DNA from: a virus
Lineage: Duplodnaviria; Caudoviricetes
Strand: one strand, 5' to 3'
Length of the DNA stretch: 40,617 nucleotides
Virus record (IMG/VR): IMGVR_UViG_3300005323_000022
Span: 1 to 40,617 of that record
Shown one piece after another: positions 26,380-34,835 of this stretch. The notes under the pieces were generated by a model that did no database searches, was not told where the DNA came from, and was given only the letters and a program-made list of their open reading frames with translations. The position numbers and the translations under genes are program-made. Numbering within the stretch: position 1 is the stretch's first letter; the number at the start of each line of letters is the position of its first letter.

Positions 26380-27027
26380 ATTAAAAATTGTCCATTTTGT
26401 GGAAAATCTGTTATGCGGAGACGTGTTCGACTCGAGACGGGGTTGATGACCGTTTTACGCGCGAGTGACGAGACGATCCGGGCATTGAAGGCGCGTGTTG
26501 CAGAACTTGAGCAGATCATCATTGAAGCCGACGCGCAGTACAACACCGACCGGAAACCGGCGGATATCGAGTCGGCATCCCTATTCCTGGTCAGAATGTG
26601 CAGCTATGGCAGGGAGGCGATGGATAGAGTTGCGGAGTTGGAAGCGGAGATAAAAAATCGGTTTGTCTCTTTCATGGGCAAACCGTTTAGTTATTGGGTG
26701 GCTCTGCAAGCTCATGCAGAGGCATTAAATTATCCTGAGTTAATCGAAAGAATTGCAGAACTGGAATCCGAGATAGAGCACCTTAAAAATCCACGGCACA
26801 TGGAACATTGTGGCGGAACAGGAACTGTGGACGATGGTGATGCGATGAGAGACACCAAATTATCCGATCAAGAAATACGTGCAAAATGGAAAGAAATTTG
26901 TACCGCTGATAGGAAGAAAAACTGCATTATTGATAGCGGAGCATTTGCTATTGAGCTAATCCGATGGGTAGAACAAAAGAGACGGCAGCCACACCCCCAG
27001 CCGACGAAGTCGGAGGAAGAATCATGA
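26368..27027 (+). CDS. Hypothetical coiled-coil protein with CPFCG motif
   Basis: Repeated R(V/I)AELE segments. Confidence 0.65.
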   Translation: MSEEIKNCPFCGKSVMRRRVRLETGLMTVLRASDETIRALKARVAELEQIIIEADAQYNTDRKPADIESASLFLVRMCSYGREAMDRVAELEAEIKNRFVSFMGKPFSYWVALQAHAEALNYPELIERIAELESEIEHLKNPRHMEHCGGTGTVDDGDAMRDTKLSDQEIRAKWKEICTADRKKNCIIDSGAFAIELIRWVEQKRRQPHPQPTKSEEES

Positions 27028-27443
27028 AAGAAAGACCGATTATATTCAGCGGCGAGTCGGTGCTGGCGATTTTGGAAGGTAGAAAAACACAAACGCGGAG
27101 AGTAATCAAAAATTGGCCACCGGAAATTAACTTGCCAAACCGTGTTTATGGGGATTGGCCTATCGGACATAATCTGATAGCTGAACCCGGAATTTACACG
27201 TCTTTAAGCAATCCTCTGGGAGCCTTATCTGTTTTAGTAGACGGCCAGGAATTAGGTGTCAAGCCTGGAGAATTTGAATGGGTTTGTCCTTACGGCAAAC
27301 CCGGCGATAGGCTATGGGTTCGGGAAAATTATATGGTACAGGTAGCACCATGCAAAACATATCCAAAAGGAGAAGTAAAATACGCAGCCGATTATCCAGA
27401 TCAAGATTGTGTTTTTCAATTTGAGGGGGCGGCTCTGCTATGA
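27024..27443 (+). CDS. ASCH-like phage protein, N-terminal part
   Basis: MKERPIIFS..ILEGRKTQTRR..CPYGKPGDRLWVRE. Confidence 0.8.
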   Translation: MKERPIIFSGESVLAILEGRKTQTRRVIKNWPPEINLPNRVYGDWPIGHNLIAEPGIYTSLSNPLGALSVLVDGQELGVKPGEFEWVCPYGKPGDRLWVRENYMVQVAPCKTYPKGEVKYAADYPDQDCVFQFEGAALL

Positions 27444-27709
27444 AACCCTCTATCTTTATGCCACGTTGGGCGAGCCGCATTGCGCTTGAAATCGTCAGCG
27501 TGAGAGTGGAAAAGGTACAAAATATCAAAAAAGAGGATGCTGTCTCAGAGGGTTTTCCATATCCACTTGGCAAGACTGGCGCAGATCCAATTTCGTGGTT
27601 TGCGAGGTTATGGAATAGTCTCAATGCCAAACGAGGTTATTCCTGGGCGTTGAATCCCTGGGTGTGGGTGATCGAATTTCTGAGATTGCCGAAGCCGGAG
27701 GAAAAATGA
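27440..27709 (+). CDS. ASCH-like phage protein, C-terminal part (different frame)
   Basis: KPSIFMPRWASRI..NPWVWVIEF, normally the second half of the same protein. Confidence 0.75.
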   Translation: MKPSIFMPRWASRIALEIVSVRVEKVQNIKKEDAVSEGFPYPLGKTGADPISWFARLWNSLNAKRGYSWALNPWVWVIEFLRLPKPEEK

Positions 27710-28167
27710 TGATTGGCCATTGGTTGGCCGTAAAAGACGGAGAACCAGCTGCAATATCGCTGTATAAACGCCATTACACCTACCACAAGTATAAAGATAA
27801 CCGGCGTTTAGTTGGGCGCAATCGGAATTTGATAGTTGGCCCAGGTAAAAAAATGGTATTGATCACGCCTGACTATAAAGCGCTTTTTGTTTGGCGCAAA
27901 TTCATCGATAAGAGCGGTCAGAATGGAGTTAATTGCGCTGTTTTTAGAAATGAAAGTCCAACGCTTTCTAGTGAATTGATCAAAGAAGCGTGTGATCTCG
28001 CATGGAATCGTTGGCCAGGTGAACGCCTTTACACTTACGTCAATGGAAAGATAGTAAAAGGCGATGGTAAGTGCTTCAAAGCCGCTGGATGGAAAAAACT
28101 TTCACAAAGAACAAAAGGTGGCTTAATTATTTTAGAAATTGAGCCGAAGCCGGAGGAGGGGAAATGA
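27706..28167 (+). CDS. Putative Mom-like (GNAT-fold) DNA modification protein
   Basis: LYKRHY N-terminus and RLYTYVN...GKCFKAAGW C-terminal motif. Confidence 0.55.
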   Translation: MMIGHWLAVKDGEPAAISLYKRHYTYHKYKDNRRLVGRNRNLIVGPGKKMVLITPDYKALFVWRKFIDKSGQNGVNCAVFRNESPTLSSELIKEACDLAWNRWPGERLYTYVNGKIVKGDGKCFKAAGWKKLSQRTKGGLIILEIEPKPEEGK

Positions 28168-28370
28168 ATAGAATTTATGTAACCTGTCCGGTTTGCGGAA
28201 GAAATTATGTTGGTGTTATTCCTAAAGGTGGCGACGGGAGTTTACTATGCCCTAGATTGCATTTTCAACAGCCCGCACCGGCCACAAGTAATCTGGGGAT
28301 CATGATAGCCAAATATCCAGGTAAAAGAGTTTATTGTCCTGGTTCTTTTATGGAGGGAAGGGGTCGATAG
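28164..28370 (+). CDS. Small Cys-containing hypothetical protein
   Basis: CPVCG motif; strong RBS. Confidence 0.65.
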   Translation: MNRIYVTCPVCGRNYVGVIPKGGDGSLLCPRLHFQQPAPATSNLGIMIAKYPGKRVYCPGSFMEGRGR

Positions 28371-28383
28371 AGGAGGGAGAGGA

Positions 28384-28581
28384 ATGAAATGTATTGAAGT
28401 TATCCGTGACGGGTATTACTCAACAATGATAATCCCATTTGCCGGTATCGATAATCTTGTTGTCGAAATTAAGAAACTCAAGATGGATGATGTGATGACC
28501 ATTAAGGTCATCAATTTATATAAAAAGGATTTTGAGTCCCTTGAAGATTGGGTCGGGTGGACACAAGAGGAGGAGGGATGA
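28384..28581 (+). CDS. Hypothetical protein (65 aa)
   Basis: Strong RBS. Confidence 0.65.
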   Translation: MKCIEVIRDGYYSTMIIPFAGIDNLVVEIKKLKMDDVMTIKVINLYKKDFESLEDWVGWTQEEEG

Positions 28582-28940
28582 CCTACGATGAAATCCTTGC
28601 CATGACGCCCGCGGAGCTGCGGAAAGCGATTGCGAAGGCGAAGGGGTACGAATGCAAGCATGGTTTCATGGATGCCGCCTGCATCAATCCAGTTGATTAC
28701 TGGATGACGCATGATGGGTGTTTGACATCTGTGTTACCTGACTGGACTACCAATATTGCCGACGCTTGGAAGCTGATGGAGGAAGTCCAAGTGGAATCTC
28801 TGGAACAAGCAGTATTTATTGGGCGGGAGGTAGCACTATCTTCGGATTGGCACTGTTGCATCGGAGTACATCGTTCCATCGCCCCCACCGCCGCGCATGC
28901 TATCTCCCGGTGTTGGCTGATGTGGAAGAGGGAACAATAA
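28578..28940 (+). CDS. Phage ABA-sandwich (BC1872-like) protein
   Basis: PDWTTNIADAWKLMEE...APTAAHAISRCWL. Confidence 0.7.
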   Translation: MTYDEILAMTPAELRKAIAKAKGYECKHGFMDAACINPVDYWMTHDGCLTSVLPDWTTNIADAWKLMEEVQVESLEQAVFIGREVALSSDWHCCIGVHRSIAPTAAHAISRCWLMWKREQ

Positions 28941-28942
28941 TT

Positions 28943-29752
28943 ATGATCCCAACCCGCCCGGCACTCCTTTATTTTGGCGGCAAATGGCGCATTGCTCCCT
29001 GGATCGTGTCCCATTTCCCGGAGCACGTCAGTTATGTCGAACCATTTTGCGGAGCGGCATCTGTACTTTTACGCAAAACGCCGTCAAAATTGGAAACTAT
29101 AAACGATAAGGACGGAGAAGTCGTAAATTTTTTCAAAGTTTTGCGGACATACCCGGAGCAGCTAATTAGAGCAATTGAATTAACCCCATACTCGCGGTCA
29201 GAGTATTGGAACGCTTATATGCCCGCAGATGATCCAATTGAACAGGCGCGAAGGTATTATGTGCGGTCATGGTTTGGCCGGGGAGGGATGCGAAAGGAAT
29301 CCGGTGGCTGGCGCTTTAGAAAAACCGATAGCCGGGGCGGATCGTTTGTCGATTGGAGCCAGATCAGCCACTTGCGCCAGGTGGTGGAACGCCTGCGGGC
29401 GGTACAGATCGAAAACGATGATGCCCTGACCATTATCAAAAAGTATGATACCCAAAACACGCTTTTCTACGTGGACCCGCCATACATCATTTCAACCAGA
29501 TCGGAGCAGAAAATAGCTTATCGCCATGAGATGACCAACGAAGAACATTGCCAATTAGCGGAAGTTTTGAACAGCGTGAAAGGTATGGTGATACTGAGCG
29601 GCTATAAATCCGAACTGTACGAAAAATTATATCCAGGATGGAAAACCGTCTCAAAAGTTTCTCGGAAAATAAATTCAAAGGAAGCGCTTGAAACATTATG
29701 GATCAGCCCATTGGCACAATTAAAACAGCCGGCACTCTGGCCAGGGAGTTGA
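28943..29752 (+). CDS. dam: DNA adenine methyltransferase (D12/Dam class)
   Basis: YFGGK, YVEPFCG and FYVDPPY motifs. Confidence 0.93.
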   Translation: MIPTRPALLYFGGKWRIAPWIVSHFPEHVSYVEPFCGAASVLLRKTPSKLETINDKDGEVVNFFKVLRTYPEQLIRAIELTPYSRSEYWNAYMPADDPIEQARRYYVRSWFGRGGMRKESGGWRFRKTDSRGGSFVDWSQISHLRQVVERLRAVQIENDDALTIIKKYDTQNTLFYVDPPYIISTRSEQKIAYRHEMTNEEHCQLAEVLNSVKGMVILSGYKSELYEKLYPGWKTVSKVSRKINSKEALETLWISPLAQLKQPALWPGS

Positions 29753-29832
29753 TGACTACTCTCGGCATCGTCGGTTTGCTGGTCGTGTGCGGAGTAATCG
29801 CTTTAATATTTTTGTCAGGAGAAGAAAAATGA
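29752..29832 (+). CDS. Small membrane peptide (26 aa)
   Basis: GGGAG RBS; MTTLGIVGLLVVCGVIALIFLSGEEK. Confidence 0.5.
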   Translation: MTTLGIVGLLVVCGVIALIFLSGEEK

Positions 29833-30050
29833 ACATTAATGAATTTATCGGTTATTTGTATAAATTGATGGATGAAAATAAACTCAACGAAAAAGAACTT
29901 GCATATCGGATTGGCATTTCTCCGTCGTACCTCAGTGATGTACTCAAAAAAAATAGAAAACCAGGTGAAAAATTTCTGAGGGGATTAGGATTCATGAGAG
30001 AGGATAACTACAAAATGGTTTCTTTGGGAGGAAGAAATGACCGAACTTGA
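29829..30050 (+). CDS. XRE-family HTH protein
   Basis: EKELAYRIGISPSYLSDVLKKNRKPG. Confidence 0.8.
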   Translation: MNINEFIGYLYKLMDENKLNEKELAYRIGISPSYLSDVLKKNRKPGEKFLRGLGFMREDNYKMVSLGGRNDRT

Positions 30051-30210
30051 TGAAATTAAAAAGAAATGCGAAAAGGCCTGGATCAATCGCGAATCGGTGA
30101 CGCTCACATGGGATGAAGCCGCGGCGGTCGTGGATAATATCCAGATACTCGGCGATATTATGGCAGAGATGGAGGGAAGCAAAGATGCCTCTAACCAGAG
30201 AACAAATTGA
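30037..30210 (+). CDS. Hypothetical protein (57 aa)
   Basis: GGGAGG RBS; manual translation MTELDEIKKKCEKAW... Confidence 0.55.
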   Translation: MTELDEIKKKCEKAWINRESVTLTWDEAAAVVDNIQILGDIMAEMEGSKDASNQRTN

Positions 30211-30364
30211 TTTTCTTAATCGCCTCGTGGAGCAGATCACAAATAGCCCCAACCGCGAAGGGACAATCACGATTGAAATCAAAAATGGTCATGTCCGGCG
30301 CGTCTCACCGGCCCCAACCTATTACATGCCGAAGCCCGAAAACATTCCCCCGAAAGTGGAATAA
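30185..30364 (+). CDS. Small DUF2292/YezD-like protein (59 aa), last early gene
   Basis: Helix followed by EGTITIEIKNGHVRRV hairpin; GGAGG RBS. Confidence 0.5.
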   Translation: MPLTREQIDFLNRLVEQITNSPNREGTITIEIKNGHVRRVSPAPTYYMPKPENIPPKVE

Positions 30365-30385
30365 CCCATTCGGGGGAATTATTGA

Positions 30386-31114
30386 TTAATGCAGCTCCCT
30401 GTACCATTCCCATAACCGGCGCAGCTTCTCGGCATCGGTCAACTCTGGCGCAGGCGGCACGCCTTCGACGCCCGCAAACTGGCACAGTTCGGTTTCATTC
30501 CCGTTGAACCAGTCCATATCCAGCCCCTTGCTCTCCATGCCATAGTCCAGCCCGGGCCCGGTGCTGCTGTACTGCCAGAATGTCCAACTGCCCCACGGCG
30601 CAACTGCTTTGGCTGTGGGCTGGTTGACGCCGTAATGTGCGATCCAGAGCGGCAGCGCCAGAAGCTCGTTGGGAATCGGCGAAAGGGTATTCAGGATGAT
30701 ATCCGGGTTGCTGTAGAAAATCACGCGTGGATGACCGGCCTTTTTCAGCGTTTCGACCATGATGCTGATAGCGGAAAGCCAACCTGCCCGGGTCGGGTAA
30801 GGCGTCCAGTACTTCTCTATATCCAGCACTGGCGGCAATTCGCCTGGATCATCCTTGAGGCGGGCAGCAAAGAATTCAGCCTGTCCACTGGGAGTGACGC
30901 GGTAATCGTGGAAGATGTACGCTCCCCGTAGAATACCAACGCGCCTGGCTTCCCGCCAGTTGTATTCGAAATCGCTGTCGGGCGTGAAACCGTTGCAACA
31001 GCGTATGAAGGCAAACTTTGTGCCTTTGTCGGCCGCCTTCTGCCAGTCGATCTGCTGTGGCGTGTTGTCGTTATCCTGCCACGCCGAAATATCGATGCCA
31101 GGCGTATAGGTCAT
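30386..31114 (-). CDS. Endolysin, GH25 muramidase
   Basis: GIDISAWQ, PVLDIE, LWIAHY, WTFWQYS, LDMDWF. Confidence 0.93.
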   Translation of the reverse strand: MTYTPGIDISAWQDNDNTPQQIDWQKAADKGTKFAFIRCCNGFTPDSDFEYNWREARRVGILRGAYIFHDYRVTPSGQAEFFAARLKDDPGELPPVLDIEKYWTPYPTRAGWLSAISIMVETLKKAGHPRVIFYSNPDIILNTLSPIPNELLALPLWIAHYGVNQPTAKAVAPWGSWTFWQYSSTGPGLDYGMESKGLDMDWFNGNETELCQFAGVEGVPPAPELTDAEKLRRLWEWYRELH

Positions 31115-31431
31115 GTTTTCTCTGGAAAGAACTGGCTGATGACCTGGTGCAGGTAATTGGAGCCCTTCCCGATGGCAATGCCGGTCAGGACGATCCCGAA
31201 GACCGATGTTGCAATCGTGATCTCCAGGTACTGACCCAGCAGCGCCGGCAGGTCGAATTTATAGACGAACGCGCCAAGCACACCGGCTGCCACGGCAAAG
31301 TATTTGAGCGTCCATTTGAAAGGTGTCAACACCGTGATCTTGTCGAACACGTCGCCGAGCAGGAACTCGGTCAGGCTCTCGACCAGGAAAGCCAGGAGCA
31401 GGATTACCATTAGAATCGCAAGTACAGACAT
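31111..31431 (-). CDS. Putative holin
   Basis: Three hydrophobic segments, GKGSNYLH motif, adjacent to the endolysin. Confidence 0.8.
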   Translation of the reverse strand: MSVLAILMVILLLAFLVESLTEFLLGDVFDKITVLTPFKWTLKYFAVAAGVLGAFVYKFDLPALLGQYLEITIATSVFGIVLTGIAIGKGSNYLHQVISQFFPEKT

Positions 31432-31433
31432 AA

Positions 31434-32423
31434 TTAACCTCCGTTCAACTTTCTGAAAAATTCCGCCACGGGCGCCAGGTTTTCTTCGATGGCTGCCAGG
31501 CTCGCCTCGATGGCGGTTAAATCGACATTGGCGTTGTTGCCGCCCTCATTTTCTTGATCGTCATTCTGATCATCGTTTTGATCGTCATTCTGATCGTCAT
31601 TCTGATTTGGCGCGGTGAAACCAATCGCCTTGTACAGGCTCTCTTTGCTGCCGTAGTATAGATAGACGATCAACGGTACGGTTGCGCCAGAAGCGTTTTT
31701 CACACCTGGCCATGATACGGTCTTGACCCGCCAAAAACTTCCGCTGCGGGTCGGCATCAGGTACATCGGCATATGCTCTTCCGGGTATGTAAGCGCATCC
31801 AGATCAAGCGCGCCGGTCACAGGCTGTGGTGATGTGCTTTTGCTGTAGTCCCAAACCGACATGATCCAGTTTTGACTGTCCAGTTCAAGCAATCCCTGAT
31901 CATCCCAGGACCTATTATCAATCACGCCTGCCTTGAATTCCGGCCAGACCAGTTTTTTGTAGGCAGCCTTGATCAGGTCTTTGACGCGCAACACTGTTCG
32001 GCTGACCCACAACGCCGAAACATCATAGGTATTGCCCTGGGTATTATACGCGCCGGGATCGACGCCTAAAATCATGCCGTGAAAATAGGGCCGGTTTTGC
32101 AGCATCCGGTCGATCACGCTCATGCTCATATCCTGGCTGCGATCATACCAGCGGCTGAAGTCATTGACTGGCCAGGAAGTATCGCCATACTTTTTCACGT
32201 TCAAGTCAAACCAGGCGATCACCGGGATACCCTTCTCGTAAGCCTTCTGGACAAACTCGGCATATTTTTGATCGACATACTCGCTGGTCGCCTCAAGCGC
32301 GCTCGGCGTCGCACCGACGCGTAGTACCATGAAGTCGACGTCGAGATTATCCCAATCGACGGATGCTATTCCGTCGTGGAGCAGTACTCCCTTTGCATAC
32401 GTATCTTTGTTTCCCATGCTCAC
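31434..32423 (-). CDS. Divergent GH25-like protein with acidic repeat linker
   Basis: VDWDNLDVDFMVLRVG...YVDQKYAEFVQKAYEKGIPVIAW resembles the GH25 N-terminus; catalytic motifs not evident. Confidence 0.55.
   Translation of the reverse strand: MSMGNKDTYAKGVLLHDGIASVDWDNLDVDFMVLRVGATPSALEATSEYVDQKYAEFVQKAYEKGIPVIAWFDLNVKKYGDTSWPVNDFSRWYDRSQDMSMSVIDRMLQNRPYFHGMILGVDPGAYNTQGNTYDVSALWVSRTVLRVKDLIKAAYKKLVWPEFKAGVIDNRSWDDQGLLELDSQNWIMSVWDYSKSTSPQPVTGALDLDALTYPEEHMPMYLMPTRSGSFWRVKTVSWPGVKNASGATVPLIVYLYYGSKESLYKAIGFTAPNQNDDQNDDQNDDQNDDQENEGGNNANVDLTAIEASLAAIEENLAPVAEFFRKLNGG
31555..31604 (-). repeat. 12-bp coding repeat (QNDD x4)
   Basis: TGATCGTCATTC-like units. Confidence 0.85.
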
Positions 32424-32731
32424 CTCACCAACAAACTGACTATGATTGTTACAGCCTGCCCGATAAACAACATAATCATGCTGTTGCGCAGGCTTCTATT
32501 CGAGTTCTCTTGCGCCTCGGCGTTTTTCTTACGCTGATCGTATTCGTCCTTCAAAGTTTTCACGGTCACCTTCAGCCCTTCCTTCGCATTTCCGTTGATG
32601 ATATGGTCAAGGTCATCCACACATGATTTTAGATTCTCGTAGCGTGTTTTTTCGTCTTGAGCAAACATGTCAAAACGGTGCGCCAGACCGTCCACCGCAT
32701 CTTTTACCTGTGCATTTGTGATTGCTGCCAT
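32420..32731 (-). CDS. Coiled-coil protein with C-terminal membrane anchor (lysis region)
   Basis: GGAG RBS before MAAITNAQ; hydrophobic C-terminus. Confidence 0.65.
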   Translation of the reverse strand: MAAITNAQVKDAVDGLAHRFDMFAQDEKTRYENLKSCVDDLDHIINGNAKEGLKVTVKTLKDEYDQRKKNAEAQENSNRSLRNSMIMLFIGQAVTIIVSLLVR

Positions 32732-32750
32732 TCTTTGTTCTCCGTCATAA

Positions 32751-32891
32751 TTATGGTTTCCTTCTTTTCTTTTTCTTTCCGGCTTTATTAAGAGCAATCG
32801 CAATCGCCTGTTCGCGGGGTTTCCCATGATGAACTTCAGTGGAAATATTCTGCGAAATTACCCTTTTGCTCGTTCCATTTTTTAAAGGCAT
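32751..32891 (-). CDS. Small basic phage protein (46 aa)
   Basis: Manual translation MPLKNGTSKRVISQNISTEVHHGKPREQAIAIALNKAGKKKKRRKP; GGAG RBS; a common phage family pattern. Confidence 0.8.
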   Translation of the reverse strand: MPLKNGTSKRVISQNISTEVHHGKPREQAIAIALNKAGKKKKRRKP

Positions 32892-32900
32892 ATCTATCTC

Positions 32901-34010
32901 CTATGCAAGAAAAACCAATTTGCCGCCGTAATTGGGCCCATAAAAAGTAACGTTTCCACCGGAGGCGTACTCACTCTGCGTGAGATAGTGGTATCCGGCG
33001 GCAACCGAAATTAAGTTTGAATTGTTGATTCTAACGGGATATATCGAGGCGTTTGTCGCTTGAATTGTCTGGAATGTGGATGTGTCCAGGGTCAATCCGC
33101 TGTATATTGTCGGGGTTCCAGAGGTAACAATAAAGAATGGGGTTGCAAACAGCATAACCCCGGGTTGTATCACTCCCAGTATAAATTCTCCCCGGGTTTG
33201 CCCTGTGCCGTTATTATATTCGCGCACATCCACCGCTCCGGTATAAGACCAGTTTGCCGTTGAATTACTGGTCAGAACCGTTGTAAAAACCTGGTTGTAG
33301 TAGTTATAGACAAACCGCTTGGTATAACTATGTTCGCATTGTCCGGCTGTGCCCGTTGTTCTGAATGATCCAAGATAGCGCGCGCTGTACTGCGCCAGCT
33401 CCCCGGCAATTCCGCTGCTGATTTTATCAGGTGTAAAAGCGGCGTTGTTCATAAGGACGCCATCCTTATAGGCGGTAGCCACAGCAGGAGTTGTATTATT
33501 TGTCCATGCTTTTGCGGCAAGTTTTAATGTACTTCCATCTTTAAACATGAACATATCAAAATTGGTATTCGCGCCAAGCCCGGATAGAGACAGCGATGTT
33601 TCAGGAAACGCGCTTACCCGCCACTCCGAATCGATATATAACGCAATTCGATTGCCCTTGAAAGGTGTAAAAAATATTTCCACAGCCGCGGTAACATCGG
33701 AAGATGTAATTGGCGTCCCACTGGTAAGCGTCAGGCGTCCATCGCAAGGCAATCCGGCTCCGGCTTCAGGTGGAGCCCATTTTGCCCCGGCAGCCTGTGC
33801 ACTATCTGCGGTCCACACATCACCATTTGCGCCAACTGCAACGTTATCCACTGCGCCGCTTCCAGTACCAACAATCATGTCTCCTTTCGCCGTAATAGTC
33901 GCCAGTGGAATTGCGCCAACCCCGGTATCAAACGGAGCAATCACACAGTTGGCAATTTTCTTTTCAACTTCAACTGCATTGGATATGGTTTGAGAAATAA
34001 CCAGCTTCAT
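32901..34010 (-). CDS. Tail fibre/receptor-binding protein
   Basis: TAKGDMIVGTG..VGANGDVWTADS segment and GRLTLTSGTP domain. Confidence 0.7.
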   Translation of the reverse strand: MKLVISQTISNAVEVEKKIANCVIAPFDTGVGAIPLATITAKGDMIVGTGSGAVDNVAVGANGDVWTADSAQAAGAKWAPPEAGAGLPCDGRLTLTSGTPITSSDVTAAVEIFFTPFKGNRIALYIDSEWRVSAFPETSLSLSGLGANTNFDMFMFKDGSTLKLAAKAWTNNTTPAVATAYKDGVLMNNAAFTPDKISSGIAGELAQYSARYLGSFRTTGTAGQCEHSYTKRFVYNYYNQVFTTVLTSNSTANWSYTGAVDVREYNNGTGQTRGEFILGVIQPGVMLFATPFFIVTSGTPTIYSGLTLDTSTFQTIQATNASIYPVRINNSNLISVAAGYHYLTQSEYASGGNVTFYGPNYGGKLVFLA

Positions 34011-34384
34011 ATCGTCATCCTCGTCACCCGCGGCGTTACTACAAAATCACCCTCCAAAAGATAAGTGACCGTTCCGCTCGAACTTTTTATTAGCAAGTCG
34101 TATTTCGCGTTCTGAACTTCAAAGATCGCACTCTGCGCCGCAGTAATGGCAATGTCAATTTTTCCTTCTGCGGCAGTAATGGTAATTCCCGATGTTGTTG
34201 TCAGATCAAGAATGACGACATTTGTATTTTCTTCCCTGACCTGCATCTGGGCGGTATAACCGGTCAAGTCTATAGCAACGCCGTTGTCGTCTTTATAATA
34301 AAGAGCTGTTGCAAACGTTGAGCCCTGTTTAACTGAAATGTTCCACGGTACAGGCAATGGCCCGGTATAGTAGATCTCGCTCAT
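34007..34384 (-). CDS. BppU-like/tail-associated Ig-fold protein
   Basis: QGSTF..IDLTGYTAQMQVR..YDL..LLEG. Confidence 0.7.
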   Translation of the reverse strand: MSEIYYTGPLPVPWNISVKQGSTFATALYYKDDNGVAIDLTGYTAQMQVREENTNVVILDLTTTSGITITAAEGKIDIAITAAQSAIFEVQNAKYDLLIKSSSGTVTYLLEGDFVVTPRVTRMTI

Positions 34385-34833
34385 CCGATTAACTTCCTTC
34401 GGAGCAGAGTGTAAGCGGCGTTTGCGCTGCTTAAATCCTTCTCCTCTAAAATTAAGTTTGGCATCACCTGTCCCTTATACCTACGCTGCACGCGTTCCTG
34501 CTTCAGCGTATCCTCGGCTTCGGTCTTACGGTTGTGCCAATACTCGCCCTGTACAAAGCACGGTGTTGGGTATGGCGCAGTGTAAATCCAGAAGTCGATT
34601 ACCTGACCGCCGCGCACCCTTCTGCCGCCGCCGATGGGCTTTTGAAATTCGAATTCAATCCCAAGTTTTATCAATGCCAGCGCCACCCGCCATTCCTGAA
34701 CGCTACCCGGCGTCATGCCTTGAACTGCCTGGATGGGCGGCTCCTGATTGGCCGGTCTCGGAGCGGCATGCCCCTTGTTGGGCTGCTGTCTCTTTGCGCG
34801 CTGCGCTTTCACTTTTCCGAACTGGTATACCAT
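34381..34833 (-). CDS. DUF559/Vsr-like endonuclease-fold protein
   Basis: E.RVALAL..IEFEFQ..IDF..VQGEYWH. Confidence 0.65.
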   Translation of the reverse strand: MVYQFGKVKAQRAKRQQPNKGHAAPRPANQEPPIQAVQGMTPGSVQEWRVALALIKLGIEFEFQKPIGGGRRVRGGQVIDFWIYTAPYPTPCFVQGEYWHNRKTEAEDTLKQERVQRRYKGQVMPNLILEEKDLSSANAAYTLLRRKLIG

Positions 34834-34835
34834 CG

